Source of the DNA: Vicugna vicugna
Lineage: Eukaryota
DNA: 64,000 bases
Assembly (NCBI GenBank): GCA_013265495.1
Contig: MU057989.1
Span: 511,513-575,512, forward strand
Reading direction: 5' to 3'
The notes beneath the pieces were generated by a model. The model was not told where the DNA came from, made no database searches, and saw nothing but the letters and a program-made list of their open reading frames with translations. The position numbers and the translations under genes were made by a program. Below, piece by piece: positions 1 to 13,026 of the stretch. Position 1 is the first letter of the stretch. Each line of letters begins with the position of its first letter.

Positions 1-136
1 TGATGACATCCAGGACTAGCTCCTGAAGGACCAGCATTGGAGGCACAGCCACAACCCCAGGCGCGGGGGCACCCCCAGCTGGTTTGGCCTGTGACATGTG
101 ACAGTTCAAATAAAAGTGCTGCTTGTGGGGAAAAAA
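1..136 (+). pseudogene. Probable 3' end of a processed pseudogene, parent unidentified, cut by the window edge
   Basis: GAT GAC ATC CAG GAC TAG (DDIQD*), a short GC-rich UTR-like stretch, AATAAA at 109-114 and an A-run at 131-136, followed by AT-rich L1 sequence. Confidence 0.4.
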
Positions 137-139
137 GAT

Positions 140-1664
140 CCAAAAGATTTGACATGCGAATTATTCAGACTGAAAAAAAAATCAATTAAGTGTTCAGGAA
201 CAAGATCAACTGAAAAATCAGTAGGTTCCACTACATCATTATCAACTAGAAAATATAAGAAAATAAGGTACCATTAACAATAGCCAATAAACAGCTCAAC
301 CACAATTAAAACAACATCTAGGAATTTACCTGAGAAAAAAGACACAAGGCAGTTAAAGGGAAAATTTTAACCCTGCAAATAATATAAAGGAAAGCATAAA
401 TAATTATAGTGATATAACATGTCCTCAAATGGGATGACTTCACACATAAAAGTATCAATTCTCACCCCCCAAATTATCTGTAAATGCAGTGAATACTAGT
501 AAAAATGTTAGCAATATTTTTCAAGGAATGCTATAAACATTCCATAGTTTTTAACAGAGGAATAAAAATGTCTACAAAAAGCCACAGCAATTTTGAAATA
601 GATTCACAAAAAGCAAGAACAGTTGCCCTACCTTATTTTAAGACATTTACAAAGCTGGGGTAGTAAAAATAGAATGCTCTTGTGTAACAACAGACAGGCA
701 AACGATGGAGAGATACAGAGAACATGAATCTACTACCAGGAGCATGAATCCACACCAGGTTACATTATAATAAAATTTCCAAAGCCAAAGGTAGAGAATC
801 TTGAAAACTGAAAGAAGAAACAGACTCATCATGTACAAATAAACTTCAAGAAAATTAACAGAAAATTAACAGCCTTTTCTTCATCAGAAACCATCAAGGC
901 AAGAAGAAAGTGGATGATACACTTTAAATTCTGAAAGGAAAATAAGTCACTGTCAACTAAGAATGCTACACCCAGCAAAACTATCCTTCAAAATGAAGGA
1001 GAAATTAAGACATTGTCATATAAACAAAAGCTGAGGGAATTTATAGCTAATGGGACTTTGCTACAAGAAATGCTAATGGCAATCCTTCAAGCTGAAAGAG
1101 TGGACACCCAACAGTAACTCAAAGCCGTATGAAGAAAAACAGTAAAGATAATTATACATGTAAATATAAAAGCCAGTCCTATTGTATTTTTTGTAATTCT
1201 TTTTTTCTGTGTATGATTTAAAAGCCAAATGCATGAAATAATGGTTCTACATCTATGTCAATGGGCACACAATTATAAAGCTGTAATTTGTAATAATAAC
1301 AACATAAAGGGATGAAAGAGCTATATAGGAACAAAGTTTTGTATACTGTTGAAACTAAGTTGGTACTAATTCAAACAAAATTTTATTAAATTGAGTTGTA
1401 TGTTGTAATTCACACGCTATCTACTAACTAAAAATATGGAGTCAAAGTAAGGATAAGATAATCAAACAATACACAAGGAAAATCAAATAAATACATAAAT
1501 AATGCTAATGGGGGAACAAAAAATAGATATTATATGTAGAAAACATATAGCAAAGTGGTGGAAGTAAGTACAATAATTACAAAAATGTAAATGAATTTAT
1601 GTCTTCAGTAAAAAGGCAGATATAGATTTAAAACAGCATCTAACTTAAATTGTCTACAGGAGAC
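140..1664 (+). mobile_element. Ancient L1 fragments: ORF2 piece, then ORF1 C-terminus, inter-ORF and ORF2 start
   Basis: ccagcaaaactatccttcaaaatgaaggagaaattaagac (ORF1 PAKLSF...EGEIK motif) near 973; tgtctacaggagact (CLQET of the ORF2 endonuclease) near 1651. Confidence 0.7.
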
Positions 1665-3160
1665 TTTTTTTTACTTGTTTTTATAAATTGAGGTGTAGTC
1701 AGTTTATGATGTGTTAATTTCTAGTGTACAGCCTAGTGATTCAATTATACATACATATATATGTATATATATATTCATTTTCATATCTTTTTTATTATAG
1801 GCTATTACAAGCCTATAATATCTTCCCTGTGCTATACAATAGGACCTCGCTGTTTTATATATAGTAGTTAGTATCTGCAAATCCCAAACTCCTAATTTAT
1901 CCCTCCACCTCCCCCTTTTCTCCCTTGGTAACCATAATTTTGTTTTCTATGTCTGTGAGTTGTGGTATGTATATCACAACTAATTTATCCAATCATCTCT
2001 TGATAGACATTTATGTTGCTTCCATATCTTGGCTATTGTAAATAGTGCTGCTATGAACATTGAGGTGCATGTATCTTTTCTAATTAGTGTTCCCTCCAGA
2101 TACATGCCCAGGGGTGGGACTACTGGATCATATGATAAGTCTATTTTTAGTTTTTAAAGGAATCTCCATATTGTTTTCCATAATGGCTGCACCAAATTAC
2201 ATTCCCACCAACAGTCTAGGAGGGCTTGCTTTTCTCCACACCCTTTCCAACGTTTATTGTTTGTGGACTTTTAATGATGCCCATTTGATATCTCATTGTA
2301 GCTTTGATTTGCATTTCTCTAATAATTAGTGATATTGAATATCTTTTCATGTGCCTGTTGGTCATATGGATGTCTTCTTTGGAAGAATGTCTACTTAAAT
2401 CTTTTGCCCATTTTTTATTAGTTTTTTTTATATTAAGCTTTATAAGATACTTGTATATTTTGGAAATTAATCCTTTGTTGGTCCCATCATTTGCAAATAT
2501 TTTCTCCCACTCCATAGGTTGTCTTTTCATTTTGTTTAAGTTTTAAGTTTAATTAGGTCCCATTTGCTTATTTTTGCTATTATTTCCATCACTCTAGGAT
2601 ATGGATCAAAAAATATTGCTGCAATTTTTGTCAAACAGTGTTCCTATGTTTTCCTTCTAGGAGCTTTGGAGTATCCAGTCCTACATTTAGGTCTTTAATC
2701 CCTTTTGATTTTATTTTTGTATATGGTGTTAGAGAATGTTCTAATTTCAGTCTTTTACATGTAGCTGTCCAGTTCTCCCAGGGTAACTTATTGAAGGGAC
2801 TGTCTTTCCTCCATTGTATATTCTTACCTCCTTTGTTGTAGATTAATTGACCATAAGTGCATATGTTGATTTCTGGGCTTTCTATCCTGTTCCATTGATC
2901 TATATTTCTGGTTTTGTACCAGTATCACACTGTTTTGATTACTGTAGCTTCATAGTATAGTCTGAAGTCAGAGAGTGTGATTCTTCCAGCTCCATTCTTC
3001 TTAAGATTATTTTGGCTATTTGGGTTGTTTTGTGTTTCTATACACATTTAAAAATTTTTTTGTTCCAGTTCTGTGGAAAATGCCATTGGTAGTTTGATAG
3101 GGATTGCATTGAATCTGTATATTGCCCTGGGTGGTATGGCCATTTTAACAATGTCGATTC
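1665..3160 (-). mobile_element. 5'-truncated L1 (ORF2 3' part, 3'UTR, poly-A)
   Basis: ORF 2216..2530 [14 protein letters not shown]...KGLISKIYK is the L1 ORF2 C-terminus; poly-T at 1665. Confidence 0.9.
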
Positions 3161-3163
3161 AAA

Positions 3164-4408
3164 GAAATAATATTGTTTAAATGTCCATACTGCCCAACGC
3201 AATCTACAGATTTAATGTACTCTCTATCAAAATACCCAAGATATTTTTCATAGAAATAGAACAAATAATCCTAGAATTTATATGGAACCAAAAAAGACCC
3301 CATAGTGCCAAAGCAACCTGGAGATAAAAGGACAAAATTGGAGGGCTCACACTCCCTGGGTTCAAACTGTAGTACAAAGCTACAGTAATCAAAACAGCAT
3401 GGTACTGGCACGAAAAGAGATGCATAGATCAATGGAATAAAATAGCCAAAAATAATCCCAAGCATTTATGATCAGTTAATCTATGACAAAGGAGGCAAGA
3501 ATATACAATGGAGAAAAGTATCTTCAATAATTGGTGCTAGGAAAACTGGACAGCTATATGATAAAAAATGGAATTAGAACATTTTCTCACACCATATACA
3601 AAAATGAACTCAAAGTGGATTAAAAACTTAAAAGTAAGGCCTGAAACCACGAAACTCCCAGAAGAGAACATAGGCAGAACACTCTATGACATAAATTGTA
3701 GCAATATTTTTTTTGGATTTATCTCCTAAGGCAAGGGTAACAAAGGCAAAAGTAAACAAATGGGACCTAGTTTAAAAAAGCTTTTGGGACCTAGTTTTAA
3801 AAAACTATTGCACATCAAAGGAAATCATTGACAAAATGAAAAGACAAACTAAGGAATGGGGGAAATATTTACAAATTATATGACTAGTAAGTCACACAAT
3901 ATATATACAGTTCATGTAGCTCAATTCAAAAAAAAAACACCTATTTAAAAAGGAGCAGAAGACTTAAATAGACATTTTCCCAAAGTGGATATACACATAG
4001 CCAACAGGCATATGAAAAGATGCTCAACACTGTTGCTCGTCAGAAAAATGCAAATCCAGACTACAGTGAAGTATCACCTCACACCTGGCAGAATGGCTAA
4101 TATCAAAATGTATAAAAAACCAAATGTTGGCGAGGGTGTGGAGAAAGGGGAACACTTGCACACTGTTAGTAGGAATGTAAATTGGTGCAAACACTATGGA
4201 AAACACTATAGGGAATCCTCAGAAAACTAAAAAGTAGAACTACCATATGATCCAGAAATTCCACTCCCACATATATATCCTAAGGAGACAAAAACATTAA
4301 TTTAAAAAAAAATACACCCCAATGCTCATAGCAACATTATTTAAAATAGCCAAGATATAGAAGCAACCCAAGTGCCCATCAACAAATGAATGGTGTGAGG
4401 TATACACA

Positions 4409-4450
<42 letters not shown>

Positions 4451-4889
4451 TACAATGGGATACTACTCAGCCATAAAATAGAAAGAAATTCTGCCATTTG
4501 AGCAACGTAGATAGACCTAGAGGGTATTATCCTGAGTGAAATAAATCAGACAGAGAAAGACAAATTATGTTATCACTTAGATGTGGAATCTAAAAAATAA
4601 AACAAATGAATGAATATATCAAAACAAGCAGACTCACAGGTATAGAGAAAACAGTAGTGGTTCCCAGTAGGGAGAAGGAAGGGGAAGGGGCAAGGGAGGG
4701 GTGGAGGTTCAGAGATATAAACTACTATGTATAAAATAAACAAGCAATAAGCATATATTGTACACCACAGAAATATAGCCATTATTTTATAATTACTTGA
4801 AATGGAATATTACCTATAAAATACTGAATCACTATGCTGTAGACCTGAAGCTAACATAATATTTTAAATCAACTGTACTTCAAAAAAAA
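3164..4889 (+). mobile_element. L1 ORF2 3' part and 3'UTR (L1MA-like) with an internal (CA)n tract
   Basis: ORF 3985..4230 (ANRHMKRCST...YHLTPGRMA) is the ORF2 C-terminus; typical L1 3'UTR; A-tail at 4882-4889. Confidence 0.9.
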
Positions 4890-7800
4890 TACTTCCTCTG
4901 CATAGAATGGTCTGTTTATGCCTAGTGAAAAAACAATTTAACACAAAGCAAGTCATTTTATTCTCACTTTATGCTTGGTTTATTCGTCTACCGAGTGGGG
5001 ATAAGACCACCTGCCACAGAAAGCACTTTAAGAACTAAGCTATATTATGTGAAATACCATGAAAAGAATACAATTATATAACAAGTACTTGTTTAACGAA
5101 TCAGTTATTCTTATTGCTATTTCAATTAGGAATCTGTGTTTGGGGACGGAGTTCAGGTAACAGAACCAGTCAGTTCTTCAGGGACAGCCTTTTTCCTGCA
5201 TTCGGGCCAGGCAGGTGCTTTGTGCTAATTGCCTGCAGGGCACACCCCCACTCCTCCTCCTTGGACTCTGCAGAATTAGCCAGAGCGAGCCAGGTTTCCA
5301 GGTGGCAGGGCCACACCAAGGTTAAAAGCCTGCAGTGCCAGCTGGTGGGTAAGGGGGCAGCTTCGCAGCGCAGCCTCTGTCCTAATTCCACACTCTCTCC
5401 TACTTGACCTGCCAGCGCCGGTGTCAGCATAACAGATTCAGGTGGAATCCTGAAGCCAAAGGTACATCTCCGTAGACAATCTGTAGACTTTATGAATGGA
5501 GAATCCAGGGTATAGGAAAGAAAGGCAAAGAGGGGGAAAAAATTGAGAAGGAAAGAGCAGTCTTGGGGATCAGAGAGCGAAGAGGGAGATTGTGAAATGC
5601 CCTGATTTTTTAGAGGCTCTGATTTTGGATTCTTCCTGCCTGGAAAAGGTTGGAGGTGACCTGGTATTAGGGCCCCAAAGCACATGTGTAACCTTCTCTA
5701 CCACCTAAGAGAAGAGATAGGAAGGAAAAAATATTTAAACTGCACAAAGGAACTGTAAAACTACAAATTAAGAACAAAAGTCATCTCTAGAACGGTCCAG
5801 GAGAGAAGCTGGAAAAGTCTTACCTGCCCCCCTGCCAAAAAAAAGTGTCTTTGGTGGACACATCCATGTCCTAGGAACAGAATCCTCCAGCAGAAAAGGG
5901 TCATAGAAGACTTAGGTACAGCCCAGTGCCCTTCGTCAGGCAAAGGTCTAAACACAAAATCTCTAATCCTTTTTCTCTTGCCAAGGAATTTACCCATATT
6001 TTATCATGCCGAAATTTCAAAATACCTAATTGCAATTTCTCTTGCTTTTAATTTAAGCCTGTTTTTGCTTTCCCTAGATAAGAGGGCACCTGCTCTGCAC
6101 CCAGGCATATTTAAAAGCTCATCATATAGTAAAGACATTACTGGAAGTAAAAATCCTCTCTTGAATTTCTTTTTCTTAAACAAGCTAACATCTTAGCCAT
6201 TCTCCATAGAACCTATTTCCTCCTATTCTCCTTCTGTAAAAGTCTGTACAATCTCCGTGTCCTACTAAAAATGTCAGGCAATCAGGTAAGACCGTCCAGT
6301 AAGGAACTGCCTAGTGAGACAGCTTACTTCCTGGCCCTCGCCTTAGCAGTCCTCTGTCCGTTTTTCCCTTTGGAGACCCATTGCCATATGCCTTCAGCTT
6401 GCACAAAAATGGACCCTGGAGAGTTACTCCTGGAACACTATGCTCATCCAGCCTTTTCCAGTCTGAGTTTGTGGTGGTGAATTTTTATACATATTTGATA
6501 TACTGCCATGCATTTAGCCGCCTTTTAATTTTGCAAGGTCCTGTGCTCATTAGAACTGCCACCTGAGCTAGACTATAGTCCATTCGGCCACTACTCTTTT
6601 CCCAACAGTAGCATCAGAAGTCAATTTTAGGGAAGCTTGGTTGCATTCCCTGATGCAGACATGAAATGTAGAGTCCCCTCCAGACAGCTTAGATTCGATT
6701 CATTTCCCTTTTTAACTCTGTTCCTTCAATTTTAATATATTTTTTAAACTGTGATGCCTTTAGGAGTAATGATTTCCAATGGTTTACTATGAACTGTGGG
6801 TTTTTTTTCTGTTATTGGTCCTATATTTACCTCTTTTAAGATTCAAAATCCCCCATCTCTTATTCTTGAATTCTAAGATTTGGGATAGAATTCCTGTTCA
6901 CTCATCAAATACCTTAAATTTTTCTGATTGGAGAGGTTTTGATTGTATTCCATCTTAGACCTCATCCTTCAAGACAAAGTTTGTTCCTCGTGTAGTTCTT
7001 GCCCGCCATACTGCCACAGTGTTACCCTACCCCAAAAACCGTATCTTCCCAATTCTGACCAAGTCATTATGAAAATATTAACTTAGAACTTAGAGACAAA
7101 ATAGACATAAACTGAGCTCTCAGAAATATCAGTCAAATCAACTACACTTCAATAAAAAATAAGAATTAAAAAAAGAAATATTGCTGTCAGCCATCTCCCA
7201 AATAAATGAAATATTTTAAAATATAACATATATAAAAACTCTGCCAGAATCAGGAATTCAGGATTAGGTTTGTTTATTTGTTTTTATTTTTTATGATTCC
7301 CTTTCCCGTTATTGCTCAGACTTATATTAAAGCAAGACTTGAATTCTGAGAACTTATATCCACACATGGGGAGGGCTGACAGTTCAGGAGCAGTTTCTGT
7401 CATAGGAGAAAGCCAACTCCGAACTCCAGATTTGCGGTGGCTGTGCCACAGTGGCCAACTGAAAATTGTGGTGAAATTTAGGGGAGGAATGGGCAGAAAA
7501 CTGGGTGAAGATGGGCTATTACAATGTCCAGGATTCTCTTTAAGAAGCAACAAGTCTTGACATCTTTTCTCGGTATCCTGCAAGTTCAAACCAAATTTAC
7601 AGGCAGGCTGAGATGGGAACCGACTATGTATCACATAAGTGATTTCTAAAAATCTTTCTGTACCCAAACAAACTCCATCATGGTGCTCCAAAATTGCATC
7701 ATAAATGGCTCATCCTCTGAGTTTAGTAGTCTGCTGTCTAGGCTCCTCTTAAAATGCAGATATTTAACATTCCAGGTTACAAGAGAACTAGGAACCAGGT

Positions 7801-9703
7801 AGAGAGCCCTTTAAGGGAGGAAGATAGCCTGAGTAGGAGTCAAATTGCTGATTCAAACCTGGTTACAGTCTTGTTTGCTTGGAGAGTTGGCCAAACTCAA
7901 GCCAAGCACCTAGCTGGTGTCATATTTCCTCCTGAATTGTCTGAGTGGCTGGGGTCAACCGCTTCCCACCGTAGGTATACCTTTCCTTTTTCCATGTTGC
8001 CTGGCTTATTCCTGGGCTAAAAACTACTTGGTATGCATAGAGTGGAGACTGAAGGAAATTTTAGCACCACTGAGAAGCCACAAAGCATCAACCCTGCAGA
8101 GATCAGACAACTCATGGAAGAAGATGGGCCATGTCTGTCTGAGTTTCTTTCCCTTAGAGGGATACCAGAGGATAAACACTTCTGGTAGGAGGAAGTGGTG
8201 AGATGGGTATCAGGAACTTTGGAAGGGGGAAAGCCAAAGCTATCAGAGTGGTAACTTAGTTCCTCAGCTCCCTTAAGTCCTAAATGAAAGAATATGTAGT
8301 CACTTCTTAAGTTTTAGGCAGAGGTATGAAGGAGGGTGGGGAAATGCTCTGAAATCCTTATCATCCCAAATTCAATAGGGCCACATTGCTGACCTAACGA
8401 GATGGATCATTAAAAGAGATTTCCTGCCTGACCTCTGGGTGGAATCTAGCATCAGGTTTTCCAGTATTTTTGCTACTTACTGATGAAGGGGACAGTTCTC
8501 AGGGTCTTTAGCCATGAGGTGTAGCCAGGTAGTCCCTGTCTGGAGCACCGGAACCAGATAAGCACAACTGCACGCTTCCCTTGAGTAGTGTCCCCATCAA
8601 GCCTGCTCTTTGTGTGTGGCGGCCAGGGTTCCTATGGGTCAGGTCATGGTCCAGAGAAAGAGGCAGAGCATTTATCCCCAGTCTTCAGTGTCCAGATGAG
8701 GACAGCTGACCCAAGACAATTTTTGTATTCTTCTCAGATCCTTTCATTTATTAGTCAAAGAAGGTGGAAGGGCTTTGGTTTATGGTCTTCAGAAAAGCCT
8801 AGGTCTTGCCCAGTGAAAGGAGATGGTAATTGGCCCATTATTAACAAGAGCTACCTTTTGTTCATGCGATGTTAAGAATTATTCCTTGGTTTAGAAGTGG
8901 GAATAGTGGTCACGTACCATGAAAATTGGGGGGAATCTCCTCTGAAGTTTTCTATTTTCCTTTACTAATTATGGGTATCCTATAGCTGATTTAACTCCTT
9001 TGAAGTAGGTGATTTTACTCTTTTAGGTAAACCCTGTTTATGTCTTTGGCCTGTTTGACCTACACTTACTTGGGCTTAAGTGAAGTCTTGTTTTTTTCTA
9101 CATTCACCTCTTTTTAACTCGCATCTTTGTGTCTTCTATATTTGGTGAATAAGTCAATATTCATGCTTTCCATTCTCTTCATGATTTTATAGACTCATCA
9201 TGTTCTCCCTCAAACTTCATATTTCTAGACCAGGAATTTTCACTTGGGTGGGGAGGATACTGAAGAGAAGAGAAGACATTTATCAGCTTCTGGGAAGCTT
9301 CCTCCTTCCCTGAGTATACCACAAGCTTGGCTGGGGAAATGTGTATTTTGAGACTTTCCACATTTAATTCTAATAGTTGATTCCCACTACCCTGTTAGAA
9401 CCACTGTGTTGAACTGAAGAACCCTAATCTCTTTGTCCTTTATAAGGTCCTTCCTTCATTTCTGTGATAGCTCAGATTTCATATTCAGAGGGAATAAAGT
9501 TTCCATTCATATTGGGACTGCCAGTGTTTGAGGATTGCAATGAAAGCTTGCAATCATAAAATTTAAATTGGTACTTAACTGTGAAGCCCAGAGACTACCA
9601 GACACACCCTGATGCAGATCAGCTTTATCCAGTAGCATCTTCACTTGCTTTACTCCTGGTTTTCCCTGGACAGATTTCCTCTAGTGACTGAAGGAAACCA
9701 GAG

Positions 9704-10643
9704 ATGGAAAGGGCCAACAGCAGATCCCTAGGGGACTTCTTTCTGCTGGGTGTGTCTGAGAGATGGATCAGCTGGAGATGATCTTTTTTGTCATCATCCT
9801 CTTCTCCTACTTGCTGACCCTAGTTGGGAACTCAACCATCATCCTGCTTTCCAGCCTGGATGTCCAGCTCCACACACCCATGTACTTCTTCCTCAGCAAC
9901 CTCTCCTCCCTGGACCTTGCCTTTACTACTAGCTCCGTCCCCCAGATGCTAATCAACTTATGGGGATCAGACAAGACCATCAGCTATGGTGGCTGTGTGA
10001 CCCAACTCTATGTTTTCCTCTGGCTAGGGGCTACTGAGTGCATCCTGCTGGTGGTGATGGCGTTTGACCGCTACGTCACAGTGTGCTGGCCCCTGCACTA
10101 TGCCACCATTGTGAACCCTCGGCTCTGCTGGCTGCTGGCTGCCATTGCCTGGTTCGGGGGCTTGGGCAACTCTGTGATCCTGTCAACATTCACCCTGCAG
10201 CTCCCTCTGTGTGGGCACCGGCGTGTGGACAACTTCCTGTGCGAGGTGCCTGCTATGATCAAACTGGCCTGTGGAGACACAAGTCTCAATGAAGCCGTGC
10301 TCAACGGTGTCTGCACCTTCTTCATGGCCATCCCACTAAGCATCATCCTGATCTCCTACTGCTACATAGCTCAGGCAGTGCTGAAGATCCGCTCGGCCGA
10401 GGGACGGAGAAAGGCCTTTAACACGTGCCTCTCCCATCTGGTGGTGGTGCTGCTCTTCTACGGCTCAGCCATCTAAGGGTATCTGCTTCCAGCTAATCCA
10501 GCAACCAGGACCAGGGGAAATTCATTTCCCTCTTCTACTCTGTGGTCACACCCACGGTGAACCCTCTCATCTACACGCTGAGGAACAAGGAGGTGAAGGG
10601 GGCACTGAGGAGGCTGCTGGGGAGGGGAAGGGAAATCAGCTGA
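9704..10643 (+). pseudogene. OR2C1: Olfactory receptor 2C1 pseudogene
   Basis: OR motifs [37 protein letters not shown]; close to human OR2C1 as recalled; syntenic. ATG at 9704. Lesions: +2 frameshift near 9758-9768, TAA at 10474-10476 replacing Tyr, -1 frameshift near 10496. Original stop TGA at 10641-10643. Confidence 0.93.
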
Positions 10644-11793
10644 AAGAAGGGGAAACTCCATCATTTACCACGTCTGCACCTCTGCACACTGTTTCTCATT
10701 CTCTCTCTGGACAGGTGAACATGCGGAATATTAACCCTAGTCCAAGCATGTTCTTGACAATCCTAAACTGTTGGTATATGGTTAGTATTCTTTCTCTTTT
10801 TTTAATTGAAGTGTAGTTGATTTACTTTGGGGAAAATAGGAAGAAAATAAGCATTTCTCAAACACTTTGGGGTTCTGCAAAGTCTCCCTATAGAAAGTAT
10901 GGGACACTTTGAATCTAACTTGCTATTAGGGGAATGGTAAGATATAAGGAATTAGACAGAGGAGAAAAAGCATGAGACATGAGTGCATCATGGGGAAAAT
11001 GCACATGTGTTCGTATTCCATTCTCAATGCTGTGCATGATACAGAGTCAAAGAATGAGAAAAAAGCAATTATATGTGAAGGAAACTCCTTGTTATTAAGA
11101 GCTTTGAGGTTCTATTTCTAGGGTTTCAGAAGAAAAAAATATGTTTAATGTCTTATTCAGTTGGAAATTCAAAAAATGATAAACAAAAGTACTAAGAATT
11201 GTAGAAGGTTCACCAACCTTAGTAAAACAGAATTGGGCAGCATTTGAATATGCTAGTCTGGTTAGTGGATTTAAGCAAGTATAAGAGCTCGTCTCACAGA
11301 GCGCTTCACAGAGTCTCTCTAGATCCTCCCCTGCCCTATAACCTAGCAAAGTGTGCATGAATATCTGAATCAAATGACTGAATTTTGAACCTGACAGTGA
11401 AGAGTATCAATCCTTTTTTCTGTTTTCACAGCCTTTAGGCTCAATTCCATGTGTATGTTTAGGATATGTTGGAATAAAGGAGATGGTAGAAAGTAGGAAT
11501 TGAAAAGTGACTTTGGGTGAATGAGTTCATGTTCATGTGGGCAGTAAGTTACAGAGTAATTTGGAAGTCCATTACTTACTGAGTGAAAAGGTCCACCTTA
11601 TTTGACTATATTGGTGATTTCACTACATCAGCTTTACAGTGCCAGATGATGATCTAAACTCTTTACATGAATCAACTCACTTAATCCTCATAGCAACATA
11701 TACCATCCTCATTTTCAGATGTGGACACTGGAGCACAAGAAGGAACTTGCTCATAGCACAGTAGTAGGTCTGGAATCAAACTCACATATTCTT

Positions 11794-11953
11794 TTTAAAT
11801 TTTTTTTAATTTGGGGGGAGGTAATTAGAGTTGTTTGTTTGTTTGTTTGTTTGTGTAGTTGGTTGTTTTTTAATGGAGGTACGGGAGATTGAACCCGGGA
11901 CCTCATGCATGCTAAATATGCACTCTACCACTGAGTTATATCATTCCCCTCCT
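11794..11953 (-). mobile_element. tRNA-Ala-derived SINE (Vic-1-like) inserted in a MIR-like element
   Basis: Reverse-strand tRNA-Ala-like body with A and B boxes and an A-rich tail; imperfect TSD aactcacatattctt / aactcaagtattctt. Confidence 0.85.
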
Positions 11954-12158
11954 CCAACTCAAGTATTCTTGACTCAAAAGTTTGTGCCTTTTCCAAAACA
12001 TTTTTTCTTTTTGAAATAATCACAAACTTACAGAAAAGTTGTAAGCACAATATAAATGATCCTGCTTCCCCCGAATTATTTCAGAGTAACTTGATGACAT
12101 GATATTCTATCTTCTCCAAATGTCTTAAGGGCTATCTCTAACAAATAAGAATATTCTC

Positions 12159-12264
12159 AATGAGTTGTATGTATGTTCATGTATACCTGAAAAATTGTGC
12201 TCTACACCAAAATTTGATACAACATTGTAAAATGATTATAAATCAATAAAAAATGTTTAAAAAA
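12159..12264 (+). mobile_element. Young, extremely 5'-truncated L1 tail inside an older L1
   Basis: L1 3'UTR end with AATAAA and A-tail; perfect TSD AAGAATATTCTC at 12147-12158 and 12265-12276. Confidence 0.8.
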
Positions 12265-12642
12265 AAGAATATTCTCTATAGGACCACAAAATAGACATCA
12301 AAATGGCTAAATGAACGTTAATACATTATCTTATTTAATTCTTAGACCCCATTTAGCTTTTTGCCAATTGTCCCAATAAAGTCTTTCATAACAAGAGGAT
12401 TCTGTTCAGAATTACACATTGCATGTAGTTGTCTCTTTAATCTCTGTCAGTATGAAATGATTTCTCAGTCTTTTCTTGAGTTGCATGACCGTGACACTTC
12501 AAAATATCATTAGGCAGTGATTTTGTGAAACATCTCTCATTTTGGGTTTCATGTTTCCTCATAATTAGATTCAGGTTATCTTTGGCAGGAATTCCACAAA
12601 TATGATGTTGCATTCTTCTCATTGTATGCTATCAGATGGTGC

Positions 12643-13026
12643 TGTGGACAGAACTGTATCCCCCACCCACAGATTTGTACACTGAAGCCCCAGTCCCCAA
12701 TGTAATTGTATTTGGATGTAGGGCCTTTAGGAGGTGGTTAGGGTTAAGTGGTATCAGAAGGGTGCACCCGGACACTGATGGGATTGTTGACCTTACAAGA
12801 AGATGAAGAGAGTGAGATCTTTCTCTCTCCACACACGCTCTGAGGAAGGGCCATCTGTGGACAAAGCAGCCTTCTACAGGCCAGGAATGGGCCCTCACCA
12901 GAATCTGAATCCTGCCAAAATCTTAATCTTGGGTCCAGTCTCCATAAGTGTGAGAAAGTTAATTCCTATTGTGCAAATCATGCAGTCAATGGTATTTAGT
13001 TATGGCAGCCTGAACAGACTAAGACA
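12643..13026 (+). mobile_element. MLT1-type (MaLR) solo LTR
   Basis: Begins tgtggacagaactgtatcccccc and ends ggtatttagttatggcagcctgaacagactaagaca, characteristic MLT1 termini. Confidence 0.8.

Noticed and set aside
9763..10476. 237-aa OR ORF as a functional receptor
   Set aside because: It lacks the N-terminal glycosylation site and TM7, and is bounded by a frameshift and a premature stop.
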